A DNA stretch of 64,000 nucleotides from Pseudomonadota bacterium (GTDB lineage: Bacteria > Pseudomonadota > Gammaproteobacteria > Burkholderiales > Methylophilaceae): assembly GCA_043779795.1 (NCBI GenBank), contig JAYWDO010000007.1, positions 18,157 through 82,156 on the forward strand, given 5' to 3'. A program made the position numbers and the translations under genes. Shown piece by piece: positions 44,247-53,447 of this stretch. Position 1 is the first letter of the stretch, and every line of letters begins with the position of its first letter. The notes below the pieces were generated by a model. That model was not told the origin of the DNA. It searched no databases and saw only the letters and a list, made by a program, of their open reading frames with translations.

Positions 44247-45985
44247 GTTCCCTCTTTCACATCTTCAGCATTAGTCGGCACATCATCAGGAATCACTACG
44301 TTATTATTTGGCGCATCTTGCGGCACAGCTAGCAGACGAAGCGCATCCGTCATCACCGCGCTAAATACTGGCGCAGCCACTACACCGCCATAATATTGGT
44401 CGCCAGCAATACTGGGCTCATCAATCATTATCGCCATAATTAAACGCGGGTTTGATGCAGGCGCCATGCCGACAAATGAACCTACGTATTTATCTTTTTC
44501 ATAGCCGTGTGGCCCTAATTTATGAGTAGTGCCCGTTTTTCCAGCCACGCGATAACCTAAAATCTGCGCCTTTAAGGCTGTGCCACCTGGTAAAACCACC
44601 ATTTCCAGCATATCTTTCATTTCGTTTGCAGTTTTGGCACTAAACACTTGCGTGCCCACTGGCGCATCCTGTAATTTCAGCAATGAAACTGGCTTTAATT
44701 CACCGTCATTAGCAAATACGGTATAAGCCCTTGCTAACTGCAGCAAAGTCACACTAATACCATTACCAAATGACATGGTTGCCTGCTCAATAGGACGCCA
44801 GGTTTTGTAATTACGCACCTGCCCAGCAGCCTCGCCAGGGAAACCAATATGCGTTTTAGAACCAAAGCCCATGAGATTAAATGTATCCCACATCACCTTT
44901 TTATCTAGCGACAATGCTATTTTTGCTGCGCCTACATTAGATGATTTCTGAATCACTTCGGCCACGGTCAATATACCGTGTGCGTGTGAGTCATGAATGG
45001 TTGCCGGACCAATATTCATATAGCCTGGTGAAGTTTGAATTTTAGTATCAGGCTGATATAAGCCAGACTCTAAACCAGCAGCAACAGTCACAGGCTTCAT
45101 GGTAGAACCTGGCTCAAACATATCTACAATCGCACGGTTGCGTGTTTTACCTTTAATGTTTACTGGGTTATTAGGGTTATAGGTCGGCACATTAGTCATG
45201 GCTAACACTTCGCCGGTTCTTGCATCCAATACAATTGCCGCACCCGCTACTGCTTTGTGCAACTCAACAGCTTTTACCAACTCACGATGCGCCAAATACT
45301 GAATTCTGCGGTCGATCGACAACACCACATCATGGCCATCTTGCGGTACTTTTACTGCTTGCAGATCTTCAATAATATGCCCGGCTCTATCTTTTATGAC
45401 GCGACGACTACCCTCCTTGCCTGAGAGCGCATCATTCATGGCCAGCTCAAAACCTTCCTGGCCTTTGTCATCTAATCCGGTAAATCCGACTAGATGCGCA
45501 GTAACATCGCCAGCTGGGTAATACCGTTTATATTCACGCTGCAGATAAATACCCGATACGCCAACTTTCATCACTTGCGCAGCTAGCTCTGGCGAAATTC
45601 TGCGTTTCAAATAGACAAACTCACGCTCACTATTCACTAATTTTTTACTGAGATCTGCTGTTTTAATTTCTAACAAATCTGCAATTTGTTTGGTTTGTGT
45701 AGCGCTAATCTCAACATCTGGCGGGCTCGCCCATACAGATTCAACCGGTGAGCTAATCGCTAGCAACTCACCATGTCGATCAGTGATTTTTCCGCGATGT
45801 GCAGATAAAACCAAGGTGCGGCTATAACGCGCATCTCCTTTTTCTTGCAAGAATTTTTTATGAAAATTTTGCAAGTAAACGCCACGGCCCAACAATGCAG
45901 CAAAACCCAGCAAAACTATCGCCAACAATATACGACGTCGCCAAGTAGGTAACTTCACTGCAATAGGAGGCATGTGCATAGACAT
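44243..45985 (-). CDS. ftsI: PBP3 transpeptidase
   Basis: STMK, SSN and KTG motifs; N-terminal TM; dcw position. Confidence 0.96.
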   Translation of the reverse strand: MSMHMPPIAVKLPTWRRRILLAIVLLGFAALLGRGVYLQNFHKKFLQEKGDARYSRTLVLSAHRGKITDRHGELLAISSPVESVWASPPDVEISATQTKQIADLLEIKTADLSKKLVNSEREFVYLKRRISPELAAQVMKVGVSGIYLQREYKRYYPAGDVTAHLVGFTGLDDKGQEGFELAMNDALSGKEGSRRVIKDRAGHIIEDLQAVKVPQDGHDVVLSIDRRIQYLAHRELVKAVELHKAVAGAAIVLDARTGEVLAMTNVPTYNPNNPVNIKGKTRNRAIVDMFEPGSTMKPVTVAAGLESGLYQPDTKIQTSPGYMNIGPATIHDSHAHGILTVAEVIQKSSNVGAAKIALSLDKKVMWDTFNLMGFGSKTHIGFPGEAAGQVRNYKTWRPIEQATMSFGNGISVTLLQLARAYTVFANDGELKPVSLLKLQDAPVGTQVFSAKTANEMKDMLEMVVLPGGTALKAQILGYRVAGKTGTTHKLGPHGYEKDKYVGSFVGMAPASNPRLIMAIMIDEPSIAGDQYYGGVVAAPVFSAVMTDALRLLAVPQDAPNNNVVIPDDVPTNAEDVKEGT

Positions 45986-46320
45986 TACGGCGCAATTGCT
46001 TGCTGCACAGGCAATGGCACGTCAAATTTCATCGCTGCTGGCGCCTTAGGCTCAATAGGATCCATCGTTACCATTTGCACACGCTTAGCATCTGGCACTT
46101 GCATTTGCATTTGCTGCGTAGCAATATCCTCTACACGTGAATGCATAGCCCAAGTACTTTGTTCAAGTTGTAATTGACCATATTCTTGATCATATTGTTT
46201 GACGGCTTGATTAAGCTGCTCAAGCTCAATATAACGGTTGCGCGCCTTATGCTGCGAGTTCACTAGCCCTAAGGCTGAAAAAATCAGCGCAAAAAACAAA
46301 ATGAGATTCAGGCGCGTCAT
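45985..46320 (-). CDS. ftsL: Cell division protein FtsL
   Basis: TM + coiled coil, LQLEQST, position between rsmH and ftsI. Confidence 0.92.
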   Translation of the reverse strand: MTRLNLILFFALIFSALGLVNSQHKARNRYIELEQLNQAVKQYDQEYGQLQLEQSTWAMHSRVEDIATQQMQMQVPDAKRVQMVTMDPIEPKAPAAMKFDVPLPVQQAIAP

Positions 46321-47321
46321 GCTACGTTGGTTCTCTCTGCCACACGTAAAACCGCGCTGCGTGAACGCGGATTACGTTTAACTTCCTTAGCGCTTGGCTT
46401 GATTGTTTTGCCTACGCCTTTTAATTTTGGCTGTGGCAATTCTGCCGCACGCACTGGAAAGCTAGAAGGCAAGTCATCACGATTAGCTTGGTCGCGTACA
46501 AACTGCTTCACAATACGATCTTCCAGCGAATGAAAACTAATGACCGCCAAACGACCTTGTGGCGCTAACAATGCCAAACATTGCTGCATTGTCAGCGTAA
46601 GCTCCTCAAGCTCCTGATTGACGTGAATCCGTAAAGCTTGAAATGTGCGCGTTGCGGGATTCTGGCCGGGCTCAAACCGCGTGACTGCCCCTGCCACGAC
46701 CTTGGTAAGTTGCCCTGTAGTGGTGATGGCGCGCCCGTCATTGCGCTCCGTAATAATCGCCCTTGCAATCTGCTTAGCAAACCGTTCTTCACCATAATTT
46801 TTTATAACCTCCGCTAAAATTTGCTCTGTTGTATTGGCTAGAAAATCTGCCGCTGTTTTTCCGCTGCTTTGATCCATACGCATATCCAACGGCGCATCGT
46901 ATCTAAAGCTAAATCCACGGCTTGCTTCGTCAATTTGTGGCGATGAAATCCCCAAATCCAGCAAAATTCCATCTACTTTTGTAATGCCCATACCAGCCAA
47001 CTCGGTTTGCATACCTGCAAAATGACTATGCACCATGCTAAAGCGTAAGTCAGCAATCGCCTTGCCGGATTCAATCGCACTTAAATCGCGATCAAACGCA
47101 ATCAAGCGGCCATTAGGGCCCAAATGTTCTAAGATTTTTTTTGAATGTCCGCCGCGACCAAATGTACCGTCTACATAGACACCATCGGACTTAATTGCCA
47201 AGGCCTGCACAGCCTCATCCAACAAAACCGTGACGTGCGAATTTGTAAAAGACGAATCTACAGAAGAATCGCTTTCTAGACTTAAATTTGAATTTGAGAT
47301 TAATTCAGACACTTCTGGCAT
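46317..47321 (-). CDS. rsmH: 16S rRNA m4C1402 methyltransferase
   Basis: [40 protein letters not shown]; Ser-rich N-terminal extension makes the start uncertain. Confidence 0.96.
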   Translation of the reverse strand: MPEVSELISNSNLSLESDSSVDSSFTNSHVTVLLDEAVQALAIKSDGVYVDGTFGRGGHSKKILEHLGPNGRLIAFDRDLSAIESGKAIADLRFSMVHSHFAGMQTELAGMGITKVDGILLDLGISSPQIDEASRGFSFRYDAPLDMRMDQSSGKTAADFLANTTEQILAEVIKNYGEERFAKQIARAIITERNDGRAITTTGQLTKVVAGAVTRFEPGQNPATRTFQALRIHVNQELEELTLTMQQCLALLAPQGRLAVISFHSLEDRIVKQFVRDQANRDDLPSSFPVRAAELPQPKLKGVGKTIKPSAKEVKRNPRSRSAVLRVAERTNVA

Positions 47322-47423
47322 TTACTTTTTTAATTTTAGTGCGACGCTTGAAGTCGCTGATTTTTGAGATGCTTTTTTTTGTAAGCAATGATGCTTTGGT
47401 GGGCGCGCTGTTCACGCCCTTAA

Positions 47424-47870
47424 TCACAGCGAAAAGCCCTCGAGTTCTGTTGGCATGGAAAAATTTTCGTCCCGCATCACTTGCGCCAGTTGCGCACGCC
47501 AAGCTTCCATATTCCACAATTCAAAATGGCTACCCTGGCCTACCAACATCACTTCTTTATCCAGCCCAGCAAACTCACGCAACACTGGTGAAACCAATAT
47601 ACGACCAGCGCTATCTAAAGCAATATCTTCAGCAAAACCTACCAATAAACGCTGCAAAGCACTAGATTGCTTATCAAACGAAGATAACGCCATCATTTTG
47701 GCTTGAATCGGCTCCCAAGCAGGTTGCGGATACAACAACAAGCAGCGATGCGGGTGTGCAGTCAACACTAAGTTACCGGCGCACTCAAGCTGCAGAGATT
47801 CCCTATGCTTGGTCGGCACAGCCAGTCTGCTTTTAGCGTCTAAACTTAATGAGGTTGCACCGCGAAACAT
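47424..47870 (-). CDS. mraZ: Transcriptional regulator MraZ
   Basis: MFRG, DAKSRL and DSAGRI repeats, FELW. Confidence 0.96.
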   Translation of the reverse strand: MFRGATSLSLDAKSRLAVPTKHRESLQLECAGNLVLTAHPHRCLLLYPQPAWEPIQAKMMALSSFDKQSSALQRLLVGFAEDIALDSAGRILVSPVLREFAGLDKEVMLVGQGSHFELWNMEAWRAQLAQVMRDENFSMPTELEGFSL

Positions 47871-48050
47871 ATTGTCGTTATTTTCCTTAACCCTAAATGA
47901 AACTTACAAGCTTTTAATTAAAGATCTAACAATAAAACAGTGAAGAATTGCCTAGCAAACATCTGCAATTGTCCCCAGCAACCAACCCTTAGCAGCTAGC
48001 AAAAATGTACTTGAAGACAAATGTTAAGCGCTACCGCTTACAGCCAATTC

Positions 48051-48112
48051 TCCACAAAACTCCACTTTTTCCCACTAATATGTACTATAGATAAAAAAAA
48101 AGAGCAATGCAA
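48051..48112 (-). promoter_or_regulatory. dcw (mra) promoter with three MraZ-binding direct repeats
   Basis: Minus strand TTGCAT (48112-07), 17 nt, TATAGT (48089-84), then GTGGG/GTGGA/GTGGA at exact 10-bp spacing (48075, 48065, 48055), the known MraZ repeat architecture. Confidence 0.85.
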
Positions 48113-48332
48113 GCCCTTTTTTACTATTTTTCCTATATATCTCAATGACTTAGCGCATTTTAATAATAAAAATAAAATCGTTATAAATGAAGCACATACG
48201 AAATTATTTGAATGTAAGTTATTAGAATAATGCTGAAAGCATTTGAATTGTAATTGGGGAGAAAGTGATGCAGTGATTAAAACGAAATTTAGTGAACTTG
48301 GTATGAAGCCAGCAAGGGACTTACACTATCTA

Positions 48333-48467
48333 CTAAGCTACTAAGACAGCAAAGACCTTCGCCGCAGAATATACCAGCTGAGCCAGTATTTAGCTTGCCC
48401 GTGGAATATATGAGCTAAAGCACATTACTCACACGTCAAAGCACATTATTCTGAGTGAAAGTGGCAA
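48333..48467 (+). repeat. Left arm of a long inverted repeat flanking rnpB (contains a 21-bp insertion duplicating AAAGCACATTA)
   Basis: Aligns to the reverse complement of 49129-49242; manual count 102/114 identical excluding the insertion. Confidence 0.9.
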
Positions 48468-48498
48468 ATTAAAGAAAGAGTAATTCAAATTTGATATA

Positions 48499-48515
48499 AA
48501 GCCCGCAAGGGGCTT
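48499..48515 (-). terminator. Short hairpin downstream of rnpB
   Basis: Minus strand AAGCCCC-TTGC-GGGCTT followed by a weak T-rich tail. Confidence 0.45.
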
Positions 48516-48553
48516 CCCCTATGTACTAAGCCATAAAGTGGCAAGTAAAGAGT

Positions 48554-48946
48554 GAAGCTGGCCGATAAGCCGGGTTCTGTAGGCCTTATTGCTAAGGCTG
48601 ACAGTCATTCATCTAGGCGCATGATTACTCATGCGCTCAAGCAACCTACCCGCTGGCAGCGCGAACCACGCCTTATCAACCGAAGTTAAAATGCCAGCCT
48701 ATTTGGTCTTGCTGCGAATGGAGGTTACCGCGTTTCACCGTAACTTAATACGCTCGTCTCTGTGGCCCTATTCCGCGCCTTATACTTGGTTACCCAAGCT
48801 TTCAACGTACGGCCGTTAGCCGTCATCCCGTTCTATGCAGCCCGGACTTTCCTCCCTCACCTGAAGGAGACCGCAAGGGTCTTCTCCAATTTACCATGGC
48901 AATAAATTGCCAGATAAAGTGTGACGGCGACTGTCTAGCCAGCTTC
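48554..48946 (-). ncRNA. rnpB: RNase P RNA (bacterial type A)
   Basis: 5' GAAGCTGGCTAGACAGTCGC, GAGGAAAGTCCGGGCT, GCAGCAAGACCAAATAGG, 3' ACAGAACCCGGCTTATCGGCCAGCTTC; the two ends pair as P1. Confidence 0.96.
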
Positions 48947-48952
48947 AAGTGC

Positions 48953-48961
48953 ATTTTAACA
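48953..48961 (-). promoter_or_regulatory. Extended -10 promoter of rnpB
   Basis: TGnTAAAAT 6 nt upstream of the rnpB 5' G. Confidence 0.6.
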
Positions 48962-49014
48962 CGCCAAGGCGCATAACGATTAACGGAATGACGAGGGTTG
49001 AGAGATTTTGACTT

Positions 49015-49070
49015 TGTAGGAGCGATGCATACATCGCGAAGCTTTTCGCGCAATAAATTACGCTCCTATA
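49015..49070. repeat. Degenerate GTAG-family REP doublet (REPIN-like)
   Basis: TGTAGGAGCG...CGCGAA-GCTT-TTCGCG...CGCTCCTATA. Confidence 0.7.
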
Positions 49071-49128
49071 AAATGTGAAGCTTCAAGGATTTTTTACCTA
49101 AATTCCACTGCTACCGCTCACACTTTGC

Positions 49129-49242
49129 TTGCCACTTTCGCTCAGAATAATGTGCTTTAGCTTATATATTCCAGGGGCAAGCCAAATACTGGCTAAGCTG
49201 GTATATTCTGCGGCGAAGACCCTTGCGATCTTAGTGACTTAG
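49129..49242 (-). repeat. Right arm of the long inverted repeat flanking rnpB
   Basis: Reverse complement matches 48333-48467. Confidence 0.9.
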
Positions 49243-49325
49243 CAAATTGGGGATGCCAAGTGCTGGTACCTGCGCTACTCAGTTTCATGGGAGTTTTCGG
49301 TAAGCTGCTGTTTGAGTAATAACGA

Positions 49326-49355
49326 TGTGCAAAAAACACATTTTGCACACCCTAC
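49326..49355 (-). repeat. GTAG-type REP palindrome just after the pyrC stop
   Basis: Minus strand GTAGGG-TGTGCAAAA-TGTGTT-TTTTGCACA. Confidence 0.65.
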
Positions 49356-49365
49356 TTGCTATTTA

Positions 49366-50406
49366 TTAGGCTAATTTCCAATTAAGATTTTGCCCCGCCC
49401 GTAACGGGACTAACACATCCCCATCAAACGGCAAACTCTCAGGCACTCTCCAACTTTCTTTTATCAACGTAATCTGCTCAGCACTTCTCGGTAAACCATA
49501 AAAATCCGCCCCATAAAAACTGGCAAAACCTTCTAACTTATCCAATGCATTTGCTGCGTCAAATGCTTCTGTATACAACTCAATCGCCGTATGCGCCGTG
49601 TACATACCAGCACAGCCACAAGCCGTCTCTTTAGCAGATTTTGCATGGGGTGCGCTATCTGTGCCCAAGAAAAATTTAACATTGCCAGAAGTAGCCGCCT
49701 TCACTAACGCCAAACGGTGTTCTTCACGCTTTAATATTGGCAAACAATAATGGTGCGGCTGAATGCCACCTTTGAACATGTCGTTACGGTTCATCAATAA
49801 ATGATGCGCGGTAATCGTTGCGGCTACATTACTCGGCGCCGCTGTAACAAAATCAGCAGCGTCTTTAGTAGTGATATGTTCGAACACCACTTTTAAAGCC
49901 GGGAATTTTTTAAGCAAAGGAATCATATTACGCTCAATAAATACGCGCTCACGGTCAAATACATCAACATCTGCATCAGTCACTTCAGCATGGGCAAGCA
50001 AAGGCACGCCTAATTTCTCCATCGCTGCCAATGCATTTGTGCACTTATCCAAGCTGGTAACGCCAGAATCCGAGTTGGTCGTTGCGCCCGCAGGATAAAG
50101 CTTAACACCGTGAATGATGCCGCTAGCTTTAGCCTGTGCAATATCTTCGGCTGACGTATTATCTGCGAGATATAAAGTCATCAGCGGCTCAAAGTTTATA
50201 CCTTGCGGTAACGCATCTAAAATACGCTTGCGATAGGCAATCGCCAATTCTGTGGTTGTGATAGGTGGGCGCAAATTAGGCATCACAATCGCTCGTGCAA
50301 ATTGTCTTGCGGTATCGGGCAGCACAGCTTTTAAGGCCGCGCCATCTCGTAAATGTAAATGCCAGTCATCTGGACGGGTAATAGTTAAAGACAATTGATT
50401 AGTCAT
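49366..50406 (-). CDS. pyrC: Dihydroorotase (homodimeric type)
   Basis: [38 protein letters not shown]. Confidence 0.98.
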   Translation of the reverse strand: MTNQLSLTITRPDDWHLHLRDGAALKAVLPDTARQFARAIVMPNLRPPITTTELAIAYRKRILDALPQGINFEPLMTLYLADNTSAEDIAQAKASGIIHGVKLYPAGATTNSDSGVTSLDKCTNALAAMEKLGVPLLAHAEVTDADVDVFDRERVFIERNMIPLLKKFPALKVVFEHITTKDAADFVTAAPSNVAATITAHHLLMNRNDMFKGGIQPHHYCLPILKREEHRLALVKAATSGNVKFFLGTDSAPHAKSAKETACGCAGMYTAHTAIELYTEAFDAANALDKLEGFASFYGADFYGLPRSAEQITLIKESWRVPESLPFDGDVLVPLRAGQNLNWKLA

Positions 50407-50473
50407 ATTTAAATACTTTGTTGAAGTTTATTTTTAATGTGTAATTTTTAAGGCGCTGATTTATTGCACAGAT

Positions 50474-51334
50474 TTAAGGCACCAATTTAAGACTTAGCGC
50501 AAGTTCGTAAAGTACATTTTTCTTTTCATTGGTAATTTCTGTCGCCAGCTTCACTGCTTGTTTAAGAGGCAGATCTGCTAGCAATAATTTTAAAACACGC
50601 ACGGTTTCTTCAGGTATTTCTGTCGCGTCTTTCACTGCGGCAGCTTCCACCAACAGCACAAACTCACCGCGCTGTTGGTTCGCGTCTGCTTTCAACCAAG
50701 CCTCTGCATCCTGTAACGCGCAGCTATACATCGTTTCAAAGGTCTTTGTGATTTCACGGGCAATGGTGATACGTCGCTCTGCGCCTAAAACATTAGTCAT
50801 ATCGACAATACTTTCGATAATGCGATGTGGTGCCTCATAAAATATCAGTGTGACAGTTTGTGTTTTTAGCACTTCTAACGCTTTGCGGCGCGCCGACCCA
50901 CTGGCTGGCAAAAAACCGTGAAACAGAAAGCCGTTTTGAGCAATGCCACTGGCAGAAAGTGCAGCGATCACCGCGCTTGCACCAGGAATCGGCACGACTC
51001 TTACACAAGCTTTACGCACAAAATCAACCACCACAGCACCCGGGTCGCTAATGCCTGGCGTGCCCGCATCCGTCACCAAGGCGATATTTTCACCCGCTTT
51101 TAATTGCAACAGTAGTTTTTCAGCGGATTGATGTTCGTTGTGTTCATGCACTGCAATGAGCTTTTTGCTGATACCAAAGTGTGCCAATAAGCCCGAGGTA
51201 TGGCGTGTATCTTCAGCAGCAATGGCATCCACGGATTTTAGCGTTTCTAATGCACGCAAGGTAATATCGCTTAAATTACCGATTGGGGTTGCCACCACAT
51301 ATAATGTGCCGTAGGTATTGTTACTTATATTCAT
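50474..51334 (-). CDS. rsmI: 16S rRNA Cm1402 2'-O-methyltransferase
   Basis: VATPIGNL, AEDTR, DAGTPGISDPG, YEAPHR, REITK. Confidence 0.97.
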   Translation of the reverse strand: MNISNNTYGTLYVVATPIGNLSDITLRALETLKSVDAIAAEDTRHTSGLLAHFGISKKLIAVHEHNEHQSAEKLLLQLKAGENIALVTDAGTPGISDPGAVVVDFVRKACVRVVPIPGASAVIAALSASGIAQNGFLFHGFLPASGSARRKALEVLKTQTVTLIFYEAPHRIIESIVDMTNVLGAERRITIAREITKTFETMYSCALQDAEAWLKADANQQRGEFVLLVEAAAVKDATEIPEETVRVLKLLLADLPLKQAVKLATEITNEKKNVLYELALSLKLVP

Positions 51335-51397
51335 GGAGTCTAATTAGTCTTAATTTATGCATACTTGAAAGTTTAACGCCAAGCAGGTCTATCACCT

Positions 51398-51763
51398 ATG
51401 AAAATCAATCAAAATAACGCAGGGTTAGAAGCAGAAAAATTAGCTGCAACTTATTTATTAAATAAGGGCCTTAAATTAGCAGTACAAAATTATCATTGCC
51501 GTTTTGGTGAAATTGATTTAATTATGAAAGATGGCAAAATACTTGTATTTATTGAAGTTAGATTACGCACTAATAGCAAATTTGGTAGTGCCGTAGCAAG
51601 CATTACGCCGCAGAAACAACAAAAACTTATATTAACCGCACAAACATATCTTCAAGAATTTTCTAAGCAACATGGCGATTGCCAATGTCGCTTTGATGCC
51701 ATTTTGATGAACAAAGCCGATATCGAAAACATTGAATGGCTGTGTAATGCATTTGACGCATAA
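51398..51763 (+). CDS. yraN: YraN (UPF0102) family protein
   Basis: GEIDLIM, VFIEVR, CRFD; divergent from rsmI. Confidence 0.92.
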   Translation: MKINQNNAGLEAEKLAATYLLNKGLKLAVQNYHCRFGEIDLIMKDGKILVFIEVRLRTNSKFGSAVASITPQKQQKLILTAQTYLQEFSKQHGDCQCRFDAILMNKADIENIEWLCNAFDA

Positions 51764-51824
51764 ATGGCGTATCATTCGCAAAAATTGGATAATTTTTTCA
51801 GCACTCAACGTTAAGGAGTCACTC

Positions 51825-52394
51825 ATGAACTTAATCACAAAACTAATTCTCTCTGCTGGTTTAATCGCACAAATGACAGCCTGCGTACCGGTCATCGTTG
51901 GCGGCGCAGCGGCTGGTGGCGCAATGGCGGCAGACAGGCGCACTTCTGGCATTTATGTAGAAGATGAAAATATCGAGCTAAAAGCCGTAAAAAAAATGGA
52001 AACCAACTTGGGTGAACATGCCCATGTAAACGTAACCAGCTATAACCGCAATGTGTTACTCACAGGCGAAGTGCCTGATGCACCCGCCAAGGCAAAAGCA
52101 GAAGCTTTGACGAAAGAAATCACCAACACACGCTCGATTACCAATGAAATTGCTATAGGTCCAAAATCATCTATCAGCTCACGCAGTAATGATACTTATT
52201 TAACCTCCAAAATTAAAACAAAATTTGTGACCGAAAATAAATTCGCAGCAAATCTCGTTAAAGTGGTTACTGAAAATAGCGTTGTGTATTTAATGGGCAT
52301 TGTGACGCAAGCTGAGGCTACTGCGGCAGTAGAAATTGCACGTAACACTGATGGCGTGACTAAAGTAGTAAAAGTCTTTGAATACATGCCTTAA
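51825..52394 (+). CDS. Dual-BON domain lipoprotein (DolP/YraP-like)
   Basis: AAGGAG RBS before ATG 51825; lipobox-like MTAC; DRR; VLLTGEV and VYLMG BON motifs. Confidence 0.9.
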   Translation: MNLITKLILSAGLIAQMTACVPVIVGGAAAGGAMAADRRTSGIYVEDENIELKAVKKMETNLGEHAHVNVTSYNRNVLLTGEVPDAPAKAKAEALTKEITNTRSITNEIAIGPKSSISSRSNDTYLTSKIKTKFVTENKFAANLVKVVTENSVVYLMGIVTQAEATAAVEIARNTDGVTKVVKVFEYMP

Positions 52395-52444
52395 GCCACT
52401 ATTTAACTCAATATTCAACATAATAAAAAACGGTAATTAATCAG

Positions 52445-52762
52445 ATGACCACAGAGCAAAAAATAGTACGAACGCAAGACGAAATTATCATAGAAGGTAA
52501 TACGCGTGAAGGAAAACCGTTTCGCCCAAGTGACTGGGTTGACCGCATGTGCAGCACATATGCCACTTTTGGTGAAGATCGTAAACTTAAATATTCACCA
52601 TATCTGAAACCTAAAGTAGTGAACGGCGTACGTTGCTTGGCAGTGGATTTGAAGCTAAAAACAGTGAGCCCAGAAGGCTATGCGCAATTGATGCATTTTG
52701 CTGATGAGAATAATCTTAATGTGCTTGATGCTGCTGGCATTAGCATTGCTGTGCCTCACTAA
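52445..52762 (+). CDS. DUF3579-type protein
   Basis: GKPFRPSDW, YSPY, FADEN. Confidence 0.82.
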   Translation: MTTEQKIVRTQDEIIIEGNTREGKPFRPSDWVDRMCSTYATFGEDRKLKYSPYLKPKVVNGVRCLAVDLKLKTVSPEGYAQLMHFADENNLNVLDAAGISIAVPH

Positions 52763-52774
52763 CTTTCAACTAAG

Positions 52775-52814
52775 CCTTAACCTTGGTCAACATTAAGATT
52801 GATTAAGGTTAAGG
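52775..52814. terminator. Hairpin between convergent genes
   Basis: CCTTAACCTTGGTCAA...TTGATTAAGGTTAAGG imperfect inverted repeat. Confidence 0.5.
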
Positions 52815-53288
52815 TTTTCTTTGAGCAATTAACGATTCAATATACTTTTTAGTAATTAAGCCGCGTTTAATTTTCACTAACTCGCCTTTGGGGTTGTAAA
52901 TAAAAGTGGTGGGCAGCACTTCAGCTTTACCAATTTGTGCAGCTACAGCATCATCCCCCAGCACAATTGGATACGACATCAGCATATCATCGACGTAAGT
53001 TTCAACGTCTTTAACATTTTTGTAATCAAACACTACACCTAAAATCATTAGGTCTTTACTTTTGCGCTGGTCATACAAATTGACCAAATCCGGCACCTCC
53101 TCCAAACAAGGCGGGCACCATGTTGCCCAATAATTCACCAGCACCCATTTACCTTTGTAATTTGATAGCTGGTGCTGAACGCCCATAGTATCCTTCAGCG
53201 TAAAATTAACGCTAGAATATCCCTCAGCACAAGAAAGTTGGCTATTAGCGAGCAAGACCAAGCTAAGTAGAAATGATTTTATGTGCAT
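52809..53288 (-). CDS. TlpA-family thiol:disulfide oxidoreductase
   Basis: Signal peptide, NYWATWCPPCLEE, LPTTFI. Confidence 0.92.
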   Translation of the reverse strand: MHIKSFLLSLVLLANSQLSCAEGYSSVNFTLKDTMGVQHQLSNYKGKWVLVNYWATWCPPCLEEVPDLVNLYDQRKSKDLMILGVVFDYKNVKDVETYVDDMLMSYPIVLGDDAVAAQIGKAEVLPTTFIYNPKGELVKIKRGLITKKYIESLIAQRKP

Positions 53289-53447
53289 GTTTTTATGTAA
53301 ATTTTTTTGATAAATATATTAAATAGCAGAGATTTATAATCACTAAAAGTGGCAACCAGAATCGATTGCCTTGTTCTGACTTACTTGCCACATTGATATT
53401 TACTAGTGCAAACATAAACATTACCATACAATCACAAAACTACTTTA

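Noticed and set aside
47288-47665. ORFs spanning the mraZ-rsmH gap
   Set aside because: They overlap mraZ/rsmH in other frames; no coding signature
48631-49053. ORFs 48631-48819 and 48823-49053
   Set aside because: They overlap the RNase P RNA gene and are spurious
48333-49242. Composite transposon carrying rnpB
   Set aside because: No transposase, no recognisable IS ends and no target-site duplication seen; kept only as an unexplained inverted repeat
53350-53370. Sigma54 promoter (TGGCA...TTGC)
   Set aside because: Spacing between the GG and GC elements is too long for -24/-12
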